DNA of 53,770 bases, the filler included, from Jimgerdemannia flammicorona (Eukaryota), in NCBI GenBank assembly GCA_003990765.1. It is 2 parts of 2 records of this genome, joined end to end, with 100 filler letters (N's around TTAATTAATTAA, not from the genome) between each part and the next. Parts side by side here need not be neighbours in the genome. Positions count along the whole stretch, not along the records: positions 26,948 to 53,770 come from RBNJ01000691.1; 1 more part is not named here. One strand, 5' to 3'. Positions 36,401-48,600 of the stretch are shown piece by piece. A program made the translations under genes and the position numbers. The number at the start of each line of letters is the position of its first letter. The stretch's first letter is position 1. The notes below the pieces were generated by a model. The model worked only from the letters and a program-made list of their open reading frames with translations, had not been told where the DNA came from and did not search any database.

Positions 36401-39400
36401 GGGAGGCAGAGATTGACTGCCTGGGGGGTAATTTTAATATGGTACATAATAGTGTGGCAGACAGGACTGATGGTGGGAGAGGATTGAGGGACAGAAGTGG
36501 CAGGTTGGACAACTGAATGGAGATGGAGAGGTTAAGCTCCTTAGTTGATTTGGAGTGACAGTTTTGAGAGGATCAATAAATTTATACTTACTGGGTAGTA
36601 GGGCTGGGCTCTAGGATCAACTGAGTGTTAATGGCAGAGTACTGAGGGGTGAATGTCTGGGACACACTAGAGATAGTTTAGTACCCATGGTCAGATTTCT
36701 GAGGTCTAATAGGGAGTGGGAGATTTTGGAGAAGTGGGGATAGGCCCGGACATTGGTGACTGAATTCTTCTTTGTTGGAGGATGGTTCCCTATAGATAGA
36801 CTGGGAGGTGGAAGCTATTGCAAAGATTGGTAGATAGTGGGAACAGGGGCTGGTGATTGGGGATTACTGGCAGAGGTTAAAATCTAGTGCTCAGAGGTAC
36901 TAGAGGGAGGCAGGGAAAGGAAGAAGTGCTCAACAGTGGCAGCAAGTATATTGGGCATCACAGCGATTGGTGGCACTCCTGGGGAGGTGGGTGGGGTCAC
37001 TTGAGGATTGGGAGGCAGCTAACTAGTGGATTCTGCAGATTCAAAAGGAGGTTGTTGAGCTTATAGGAGTGCTGCGAATAGAGAAAGAGGTGAAGCTGAA
37101 GGAGATAGTAGTAAGGTTGTGGTGGCAGGGGTTGGAGGAGGGGGAGAGGCCCACTAGATTTCTATTATGGTTGCTCCAAACACAGAGAACTAAACAGAGG
37201 TGGGATGGTATTCTGAATGAGGAGGGGGAGATAGTGGTGGAGACTTCTGTGATTTTGGGAGTACTGAAGACTTACTGGAAGAACTTATGGAGTGATGACA
37301 AGGGGGGTGAGGATGCCCAGTTCATTAAGTGGCAGTTAGAGGATTGGCATCTGGATCCAGCTCTGGGCCTAGGGATGCTGGGTGATCTGGTGAGAGGGGA
37401 GGAAGTGTACAAGGTCTTGGCTTTGACAATTAAAGATACTGCTCTAGGAGAGGATGGACTACTCTGGGATTTTTGGAAGAAGATGGCTGGGGTGGCAGTA
37501 GTTATAGAAGAAATGATGAAGATGTGTGATGAAGTACTTCAATCTGGAACTTGGATTGGGAGCCAGCACCTAGAGCTGGTCTCCTTGCTCTATAAGGATA
37601 AGAAGAGAAGAGGAGATTGGAAGAACAGGTGACCAATCATGCTCCTTAATATAGACCACAAGCTGGTGACAAAGATCTTAGTGACTAGACTGCAGGAGAT
37701 CACTCAGCAGGTACTAGGAGTAGAGCAGAGGGGATTTGTTGGTGGTCAGTTAATCTGAGATGAAACTGCCTGAGTCTATGGAGTAATTAAAGAGACTTAG
37801 GTAGCTGGGATTGATGACCAGTTAGTGTTCCTGGATCAGGAGAAGGTATATGACAGAGTGAGGAGGGTCTAGCTGGAGGAAGTATTGAAACAGGTGGGAG
37901 TTTCCCAGAGTTCAGGAGGTCATTTATCAGTTTATTGGAAAACAGTCAAGCAGCTCTGGTGGTGAATGGGCACAGGGGTGTGACTCTTCTGCTTGGTCAT
38001 GGAGTACCACAAGGAGATCCCTTATTACTCATTCTCTATACCCTTTCTTTAGAACCCCTGTTGGACATGATCTGGTGTCAAATTGGAGGTTTGGACATTT
38101 TAGGGATTAACTGGAAGATTGGGGCATTTGTGGATGATATGGTGGTTGGACTGAGTTCATTGGAGGATGTAAAGGAATTAAGGAGGACAGTGGAATAGTA
38201 TGAGAGGGGCTCCAGTGCTCGACTCAACTAGCATAAGTGTGAGACTCTAGTGCTAGACAACAGAATAGTTGGCAGTGATGTAATTGGGACAGTGGTCCCA
38301 GTGGGAGAACTGGTCTAGTACTTGGGGATATACTTTTTGGTATATGGGTCTCTTCTATCTCATACTTGGTGGGAAGGCAGCTGCTTGCTTGGGGAAATAT
38401 TCTCTTATAGTGGAGTGGTCAGTATATATTCTTGGCAGGGAGAGTGATGGTACTGAATGTACATATATTGGCTGCTGAAGTTGTGATATGCGGAGTACTA
38501 TCTAGACTTCTGGGCATGAGTGGTCAGACAACTTCTAAAGATAGCAAGATCATGGATTTGGGCTGGGTGGCAAAGTCAGATAGGCTGAGAGGTTCTCACT
38601 CTACCTGTTGACAGAGGTGGACTGGATCTGGTGGACTTCACCAAGTACCTTTATTGTCTGCAAGCATGGTGGCTGAAGAGGACAAGTGAGTTGAGGGGCC
38701 AGGAGTGGGTGCCACTCATACAGAGGTTGTGAGAAGCTTGGTATTCCCCTCATAGAGTGACAGCTTGTAATGGTGGCCATAGATGAGAGCAAGAGGATGT
38801 AGTATAAAGGCTTTTGGTGGGGTATGGTAGATAGTACTAGAAGAATTGGGCTTTGGTGGTGGAGTGATTAGGGGGAGGAGGACTGGGGACTACAGATATA
38901 GTGATGGGATGAGCTACTGCTGGGAGGTACATTGGTGGAGGATTTTCAGCTTGGCAATGGAATGGAATATATGCAGGGGCTTAGGGGGAATATATGTCCT
39001 GAAGTGTGGCAAAGGGTGGGGATTGATGAGGAGTGAGATTGGAATGGTGTTTGGCCTTGGAGCAAGTGGGCAATGTAGTAGCTTTCCCCCAAGTTCTGGG
39101 TGGTGTGGTGGAGGTTTCTAAGGCAGAATGTGATGCTGAACTATCAGTCAGGGTACTTGGTGGCAGATGGTATGTTTGAGTGTGAGGAATGTATGGATGT
39201 TGGTCAGGAGGGGGGTATGGTACAAATGCCTAAACATTGGCTAGAGGAGTGTGAAGTTCTGGAGGAGTTTTGACACAGTATTATGGTTAGATTGGGTTTG
39301 TGGCCCCTGGTGGGGGGGGAAGGAGGGAGATGGGGGGACCTCTGGTGATAGTTAGTGAGTGGGGTTGGGGATGAATGGCTGACTTTGGGGTGGGCCCTGG

Positions 39401-40407
39401 AAATTTGGGTAGGGATGACTAGTCATTGGCTTATGTCTTTGAGAAGGGCTAGTGAGCTGAGATTGGGGCTAGGGTACTATATTGGAAATGGTTAATACTT
39501 GACATTTTGAATGATTGGTAGAGAGGGTGGGGACCGAGTGGGGGGAGCTATCAGAATTTGGTAAAATATATTTGTGAGAAGAGTGAAGGAAGGGTCCAGG
39601 TAGTGGGTGGCTGGGTTGTTCTTCAGCAGGGAGAGGGGGTGAGTGGGGTGGAAGAACTGGGGGACATTGGCTGAAGGGTTGTGGGTACTTATATATTATT
39701 ATTTATAGATAGAGTGATAATAATAGAAGTCCAAGTGACTATAAAAAAAAAATAAAATAAAATAAAATAAAATAAAAGAAGAGCAATTACAGTAAATCAG
39801 TAGAGTACTAGGCTGGGGGCAGTCATTGACGCTGGGGTGGGTACTGCATCAGTAGGGTCTTCTGATTGGTGTAGAGTAGTTAGATGATAGGTGTCACTCA
39901 TAGCTTCTTTTGATAATTCATGAGGTTGGGCCCTAGTTGTTGGGGGGGTTCAGAGAGCCCAAAGTTACCCATTTCAAACATCTTAGCTATACTCAACTGA
40001 AACCAGGAGCTGATATAACAATGTGATTGAGGCCTGCAGGCTTGAGTAGTGGGATATTGGGAGTCTCTTCCTGCCTTATATATAAGTCCTTTACTTATCT
40101 CATCTGAGAGAACTAGGCCCTATCCACTATGATGTACTTTGATAAGAGTTTTTCTTCACCTATCATTCTCCTTGGGGTGACAGGGGCTATTCTATTCAGC
40201 TCAGACATAGACTTATATACACATTGGACTTTTAGATATATGCTTTCAGTTATTAGTATATGGTTAATTTCCCCTAGTAGTAGGGAGAGCATAGTATGCA
40301 GAATGAGGTATAGGCTACATTAGACCCTACTGTATCTAATATGGTTAAGCTGCTGAACAATAGCTAGCCTAGGTTCTCTTCTAATAAAAATCTGCAAGAT
40401 ATGAGTC

Positions 40408-40452
<45 letters not shown>

Positions 40453-40453
40453 G

Positions 40454-40483
<30 letters not shown>
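33447..40483 (+). mobile_element. ~1.1-kb non-autonomous polyadenylated retroposon (33447-~33940 plus ~39790-40483), interrupted by LINE E
   Basis: 16-bp TSD ATAGACAGTACAAGGG (33431-33446) / ATAGACAGTATAAGGG (40484-40499). Starts CACC-CCTTTCTCCA like the LINE leader. AATAAA at 40383 and ~70-nt poly-A at 40412-40483. Body shows no visible LINE ORF homology. Confidence 0.8.
33942..39777 (+). mobile_element. Full-length L1/Tx1-clade LINE copy E, degenerate
   Basis: Leader CCTTTCACTAGTAACATTCAGG. ORF1 and ORF2 remnants (EGERPTRFL, GVPQGDPLL, AFVDD). A/(TAAAA)n tail at 39743-39777. TSD core GAAGGGCAATTA (33922-33933) / GAAGAGCAATTA (39778-39789). Confidence 0.93.
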
Positions 40484-40486
<3 letters not shown>

Positions 40487-41582
40487 GACAGTATAAGGGT
40501 TTTGATATAATATAGATCCTTGATACCAATATACTCACTTTTATATTAGTAGGGAAATGTCTCTCTATCATACTGTCTAATATATATATATATCTATATT
40601 ATATCTAGTTTTACTCAAATACTTCATATATATACTTTATATATATACTCAGTATATATACTCATTTTCACTATCTCTCTCTTCTATCTTCTATATATCT
40701 TGATTTTTGTTTTATATACCATTGGTTCTGGGCCAGTTTTGTTTATCATATTCACTCTTCTTACATCCTTTTCTCTTCCCAAATATATGAACATTGAACT
40801 TCAATTATAGTTTTTCTCTTCACTATAATTCCAATATCATTAAGTTAGATTCAAGTAGTTCTTCATAATGTAACTTTACTTGAGGAGAAATGTAGAGTTC
40901 AAACATTATAGCTAGATATTGAAAAAGATACAAGTATTCTGAACATTTCTCTAAAATCATTAGAACAAAGAATTTGTCTAGTACAGTCTGTTCTGAATAT
41001 TGAAAAAGAAAGAAAAAGTAACTACTCTCTGAAGATATCTATAACTAAAGTAACAGAAGTATAAGTAATCTGAGATTAAGAAATATTTGATGAAGAAACC
41101 TCTGAACAAAAGGTTTCTGTATAGAAAAAACTCTCTTAACTTATTTTCTAAGATGATTCTCACTAGATACTACTAGGAAGATAATGATTTCTAAAATACT
41201 GAAGGACTAATTATAGTTACCATTATTCTAAGATAAGAAATATATCAGAAAAGAGTCTTTTAGCTAAAAAGCTATCAGCATCAGATAATCTTCTACTCTC
41301 TCTAAAACACTACTATCAATACTATTTATTAGATCAGTAAGAGAAATAAAAACATCTCAAATCAGCATCTCTAGTAATTGTTATATAGATAACTATATAC
41401 TAAGAAATAACTACTATATTGGTAAAATAAGAGGTCATTTTATCTGCACTAAGATATAGTCCTTAACTACTCTTCTCTCTATCTTAATAGAGAAGATTCC
41501 TAATTCCTAAGATAGTAAAAAGTTGATAACTGAAAATAGTACTTCTAAGTAATGAGAAGATATACCTTAGCTAAGATATCAT

Positions 41583-41966
41583 TAGTGGTTCCAAATAAAT
41601 CAAATCAATTTGAATTAAATTGAATTGAGAGTTATTCAAATCAAATCAAATTGGGAATTTTTCAATTCAAATTAAGTTTGAATTGAATTATATTTAAATT
41701 GAATTAAGGGACTGATTTGAATATATTTTTCAAAATATAATAACTAGATAAAGATATATCCAAATTTAAAAATCTTTAGCTTATTAGATTCCTCTTTTAT
41801 ATAGAGAAATCTAACAGACTAAAGATCATTAAATTTGAACATATTTTTATCAAGTTATTATATTTTAAAAAATAGAGTTTAAATCAAAACTCAAATCAAA
41901 TTGGATCTTTGATTCAATTCAAATTAAATTGAATTGGACCTTTGATTTGATATATTGAGAATACTA
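41583..41966. mobile_element. hAT-type MITE, 384 bp, largely palindromic
   Basis: Exact 8-bp TSD GATATCAT (41575-41582 / 41967-41974). TAGT...ACTA termini. AATCAAAT/TTGAATT subterminal repeats and internal inverted arms. Confidence 0.85.
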
Positions 41967-42299
41967 GATATCATAGTATACATACTTAAGAGAGAAGATG
42001 ACAGAACTAAGATCAGAAGAAACTAAGCCAAGAAATCTACCAAAAGGACACTTAAGATCTATAATCTAAAAGATAATTTCCTAACTCTCATTAGATATAT
42101 AACTTATTAAAAATGGACAAAAAATATTATCAACTTCATAGAAGCCCTAGATTCCACTAGAAGTTAAGAAATTAACTATGTCTAAGATCTCTCTACTATA
42201 GCTAGATAACTATATCTTGATATTAGAGTATAGAGACTCACAACTATAGAAGTCTCTGTCCAAGGACAGCCTGCTCTCAGTAAAGATATTATACTGTAT

Positions 42300-42697
42300 A
42301 TCCTACTATCCTCTGAAACCAGACCCTCAACAAAAGCTCATCAGGAAGATATAGGCTATAATATTTACAGTCTCTAAGATGATACTATCAGCCCTGAAAG
42401 TACAGTACTTCTTGGTATTGAAATTGTTATATAGCTACTCCAAGAAGCTTATATTCAACTAACCTCAAGATCTGGACTTGTCAAATAAGAAATTACTATA
42501 GAAGAAGAAATAATAGACTAAGAATATATAAGTGAAATTAAGGTTATCTTGAAAAACAGTAATATTGAATATATTTAAATTTATAAGGAGAGAAAAATTT
42601 CCAAGCAGTCTTTATAAAGGTTAAAACATCTCAATTTCAGAAAATCTCTGAACTGATCTAAGGAATAAGACAGACTAAAGGATTTGAAAGCTCAGAT
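42300..42697 (+). pseudogene. dUTPase domain within the Gypsy pol, between protease and RT
   Basis: All five trimeric dUTPase motifs in order, decayed: TKAHQEDIGYNI (I), LTSRSGL (II), EEIID*EYISEIKVIL (III), QAVF (IV), RQTKGFESSD (V). Confidence 0.85.
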
Positions 42698-45668
42698 AAA
42701 AAGGAAGTATATCTCCTTTAAGTCAATTACTTTAAGAAGAATGCTCCTCAATAAGTAAAGTACTAATTAGTCAAACTTCTCAAGAAACTTATCCTAGAAC
42801 TAGAAGAGTACACCATCTTTGCAATCTTTATACCACTAGACCCCAGGAACTTATTCTTCAAACCAAATGAAATCTCAAGAACCTGGACATAGATGGATAT
42901 ATATTTTCTGATAAGATGAACCCTATGTACTCTGGAACAATCAACTAAAGCTGAGATAGACTTATTCTATCAAAAGAAACTATCATAGACTATCTGATAT
43001 CCTAACTCAATCAGATTTACAGAGAAGCTTATAAACTAAATCTATTAGAAAATGGCAAAGGTCTCAGAAGAAAGAAAAGGCTTTTCTGCAATCTAGGGGA
43101 AAGTAAACATTAGAGAAGAATTGATACCTCAGCAATAGCAGCAACTAGTAGAACTTCTTTATAAATATAGAAATATCTTTACTACAAACTATGACAACCT
43201 GTTATATAATCCATCATACCACTATAGCATAAATAATAAAAAATATAATACCTATCTAGCTGAAGTCTTATAGAATACCCTATTATCTAAAGATATTCAA
43301 GAAGGAATATATTCAGAAATTCTTAAACAATAGAGTTATCTGTCCCTCTACTAGTCTCTGAACTAGCTCTATACTCCTTGTATCTAAGAAAGAAGGATAG
43401 AGATTCTGTGTAGATTACAGAAGGCTCAACTCAGTGACAGAAAATAATGCCTACTCCTTGTCTAGAATTGATGACCTCTTAGACTAATTAAAGGATATCA
43501 GATATTTCAGTAGTATAGATCTATTTATAGAATTTCATAAAATTCTCATAGGTCTCGAGAAGATTCAGAAAACAGCTTTTCTTGCTCTAGGAAAATTGTT
43601 TGAATACTCTGAATACTCTTTAGACTCTATAATATATCTCCAACCTTCTAGAGAATGATGAACTCAGTCTATATACTATTGATCTACTACTGTCTAATTA
43701 TGTATATAGGCAATTTCAACATCTATTTAACAAATTTCAAAGAACACCTATATCACCTAGAAGAATTCTTCTAGCTCATCTATAAGAACTACCTGAGACT
43801 CAATGATAAGATGTGCTACTTTGGAAAATAGAAACTCAAATTTCTTGAATTTATTATTTCTAAAAAAGAAACCCATATAGACTTAAAGAAATCTGAGAAG
43901 ATCAACAACTGATCAGTACTCAAGACTCAGAAGAAAACACATATTAGTATCTTATTATCAAGATCTTTGCAGAAATTACTACTCCAATTTGAGTTCTTCT
44001 TACAAAAGAAGTACTCTATAAATAGATAGAACTACAAGAACTAGCTTTCAGAGAATTTTAGCACTGTATGACTACAGTATCAGTCTTTATATAACTCAAT
44101 CTATAGAAACTATTTATCTTATATATATATATAAATATCTCTAAAGATAATCTTAGAGCAGTCTTAGCCCAAGAAGGACCTGATCAATAGTACCATATAA
44201 TAGCTTATATAAGCTGAGCTACTTACTAGCAGCAAGCCAACTATGGTAGTACCAAACTAGAATATCTTATAATTATATAAGTAGTTACTCTGTTAAAGTA
44301 CTATCTTATCAGAAAATGATTTACTCTAATAACTAACTATACTGCTCTCAAATAGTTATTCAACTATAAGAAATCTACTAGGATCCTCATCTGCTGGATC
44401 CTTATTCTATATAATTACAAAATCACTATTATCTACAAAGTAGAGAAAGCTCACAACAATATTGATATACTTTCTTAATAATTTTAATAAATCAGAAGAA
44501 CAGTATATTAAGGAACTATATCCTAAAGTAAGTTCTCACAACCATCAAAGTACAAGAAGACCTCATCCAACAAGAATATCAGAAGGCTCACCAAGGACAG
44601 ATAAATAAGAAGAAAAGCTATAAATAATATACTAATAGTAATCTTATCTCAGAATATAAATCTGAGATATACTTAAGAAATATAATATCTGTCAGAAGTA
44701 CTAAAGAAAGAAGAACTATCAAGTACTACTACAATTAATCACACTATTAGTATATATCTTTTAAAGATATTATTAGACTACTATCTGATATACTATGAAA
44801 AAATAAATATATCTTAGAATTTATAAAATATCTAACCAAATGGCCTGAAGCTTTTCCAATAGAAATCACTGATGTCTTTTTAATCATTGGTCTCCTCTAT
44901 GGCCTTATACTCAGATATAGACTTTCAGAAGAACTTATCTCTGACTAAGATATAGAATTTATCAATAATATAATTATAAGTTATATCCAATTTCACAAGA
45001 TCTACCTGAAACAGATTATATTATATTACTCTCAAACTAATAATATGACAGAATGAATGAACCAGACTATTAATAAAGAACTTGCCCAAGTTAATTCTAC
45101 CAATTGAGACCTCTGCTTATATGAGATCCTATGGAAAATTAGAAATATCCCTACTATCTCTATAAAATAAAAACTATTCAAGATAATGTTTGCCATAAAA
45201 ACCAGAACTACTAATCATGAGAAAATAGGAGACTTTCTTGAAAAAGGAGAACAATTATATAATCAAACCTAAGCTCAGATAATTAGGGCTCAGAAAAGAT
45301 AAAAGAAGTATTATAACTAGAAGTAAAAAGACTAGAAGATCAAAATTAGAGATTAAGTACTAGTTTGGAAAAGTATAATAGAATAAACTTTGCTACCAAA
45401 TTGAAGCCCAAATGGGAAGAATCTTATCTTGTATATAATATTAGAGAAATAAGTATGTATATAAGAAGTATAGATAGATATACTCTGAGAACTCTAGTAT
45501 ATATCAATTATCTCAAAATATATCTACTATCTATACAATTAATCAAGATTGACTACTGCTTTCAGACCCTTATTCTTTGCTCCTTCTAAGCTCTATAAGT
45601 TCTCTTACTTTAGTTCTAAGAAATCAATAGAACCTATCTTTAACAGATCCAGATATATTAAGAATATC

Positions 45669-48600
45669 TTTTTTTTATAGTTACAAGAACTTCTACTTTA
45701 TTACCAAACTATCTATGAAATACTAATATAAATGAAAACTCTCACTCAATTCCACTCGAAAACTCTCTCTCCATCTCACCATTCTTTCAAAATACTGCTG
45801 ACCCCCTAGCTACTCCAATCCTTCTCCTACTATTCCTACAGATTGTCTCTATCAATTGCCTCCAATATCCACTAGCACCCCTACCCCTCCACCACCCAGT
45901 CAATATATCTATCACCAGCCACTCTTATCTAGCTACTCTCACCCTCAAAAGCAATGTCAACTCTCCTCAAATACATATAGCTAATGTCTTGCAAGCCCAA
46001 TCCAAATTGCCAACACCCATCTTAATATCAACCACTCATCTCTCAACCCCCCCACCAATCTTCTCCAGAGGTCACCCCACCTCCTGCTCACCACTAACTC
46101 TAGTGGGTGCCCCTCTAGCTGTACCTCAATCTCTCTCCAAAAGTTACCCATCAACTCACACTCTCTTAAGGAGTCTGTACCACCCCTTTCTCCTGCCCAA
46201 TATTCAGACACTTCTCACACTCCTGGGTGTCTCCTTCTACCAAGTAATCTGTCAAATAGTTCAATATGACATTATACCCTAGAAATCTCCACTATGCCAC
46301 CCAGAACTTAGAGGGAATCCATCTCACCACCTGCTTGCACTACTGCCAAATACTATTCCAGTCCTATATCTCTCCAATTTCCACCCCCTGTTATGTCTCA
46401 GGCCATAGATCTCTTCTTTGTTCCCAAAGGACCCCCTAAGCAGACATCATCTACCAGCACTCTGCTCAACAGAAGGTGGTCCCACCTCCATATCTGAGGT
46501 CCCCATTTCTCCTCTCTCTCATCACTCCACCATCAGAGACCAATTTGGTATACCCCATTAGCCACTCCCCACTAGAATCCCCTATAATATATCCTCTGAC
46601 TCTCCTCCAATACTACTAGAGATAGAAGATCTCCAGTTATACTCTGGGAGGAAAACCAGGCCTCCCACACTCTCTGTATGAGGGGAACCTACTCTCCACT
46701 TGCTTGCTTAAGCCACCATACTCTCAAGCAGTGAAGATACTTGGGAAAATCAACCAGACCCAGGCCTCTTAAGTCCACTGGTCAGGTCAACACTTTCTAA
46801 CCAATCTGAGTCTGTCACCCTGCTCATATCCAGGTCCTGGTCTTCTTCAACAATCACTTGACCACCCATGCTAGAAAGTTCAAGTAGTACCCTAGATACT
46901 ATAGCTTAGGCAACCAGTAAACATTCAACACTATCACCCTTTCTACCAGAGATATATAGTGACCACTCCACTCTAAGAGAGTACTTCCTCACTCTACCAA
47001 TCACTTCTTCTGCCATCTGTACTACAGCAAAGAACTATATAACAAAAAGTAGATCCCAAATAGTATACAGTCTCTCCCATAGAGACAATTGTTTCAATGA
47101 CATCCCCACCTACTATCTCTCCTTCTAACACTAAGATTTCACACTTAAATCAATTGAGCTTAATACCCAAGTACTTCTCATACCACTCTACTGTACCTTT
47201 CAGTCCTGTAATATCCTCAACTAACCTCAGCCTGACCACTATATAATCAGTAAAGGCCCCCACCTTCCAATTAATCTCCAGAATATCCAACTCTCTCACC
47301 TTATACCATATTCTATTCAAAAGAGGCTCCAGGGACAGTGTATACAGAATAGGTGACAGTGGATCCCTCTGTGGCACTCCTCTACCCAGAGGGAATGAAA
47401 TCCCTCTGTGCTCATTCACTATAATTGCTGTCTGACACCCTTCCAGCAGACCAACCAAGGCCTGTCAGACCCCAGGGGGGACTCCATATGCTTTAGTACT
47501 CCTTCCAACCACACTCACCAGACTCTGTCATAGGCCTTCTCTTGGTCCAAGAAAACCAGCCATCTATCAATCCCAGCAGTATGAGCTCCCTCAATAATAT
47601 CATGCACTCAGGCTGTCCTATCTCTAATTAGACATCTCTCTATGAATCCACTCTGCTCAGCTTCCAGAACCTATTGGGCCACTCTCTGCAGCTTAGTCAC
47701 TAGGATCTTTATGACCAGTTTGCAATCTATATCCAGAAGTATGATCAGGCTCTAGTTCTTTCACTCATCCCTTCTTCTCTTATTCTTAAACAGCAGAGCC
47801 ACAAGGCCCAAGCTCTGCCCCCAAATCTATACCCCTGAGCCTATCACTTTATCACACATTGCCACTATTTCTTCCTGAATCAACCAAAAATCCCACTGTA
47901 AGCCATCTTCCCCTGGAGCTGTCTTGGAGCTTGTCATCATCAAAACCCACTGAATCTCTTCTCCTTGAACAGCAGCACCAAGGTCACTTAAGTTTGTTGC
48001 CAGATTAGAGTACCATTCTCCAAGTACCTGTCAATGTCTATTACCCCTACTTCTCTATTCTCCTTGCTCCATAGATGTCTCCACTATCTACTCAACTCAT
48101 CTAGAATCTCTAGAACCCCAACAACCAACTCTCCAGTCTTATCCAAACTCCCTCCCACTGCTGCTGTACTCTCCTCACCTGCAGAAGCCATGACAAAAAC
48201 TTGGTTGGCCTTTTCCCCTCCTCTAATTTCTACCATTATAGCCAGACTGCCATGTCCTTAACCTGTAGGTCCTTCTTTTATCTCAATATACCCTTCAGCT
48301 TCTCTACCTCTAGCCTGATATACTGTATTTACCAATCTCCTTTCTTGCTATCCTTAAGTAGATCTGCTCAAGTTGTCAACAATCCTACCAATTTCTGAGA
48401 GGCCCACCTCACTCACTTCTTTCTCTGAGTACCCTGTATCCTTCCCACCTCCCCCCAGTACTGTTGTGTCTCAGATTTCAATCTTATCCAGTGATCCCCA
48501 ATCCCCAGCCCCTCTGCTCACCAATCAAGAACTCTGGAGCTAATATCTACCATCTATACCTCCCATAGAGAGGCCTCTCTTAGCAAGAAGATATTCAGTT

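Noticed and set aside
40500..40790. Candidate 5' LTR/PBS of the Gypsy element
   Set aside because: Only patchy AT-rich similarity to 51792-52030; too decayed to support boundaries.
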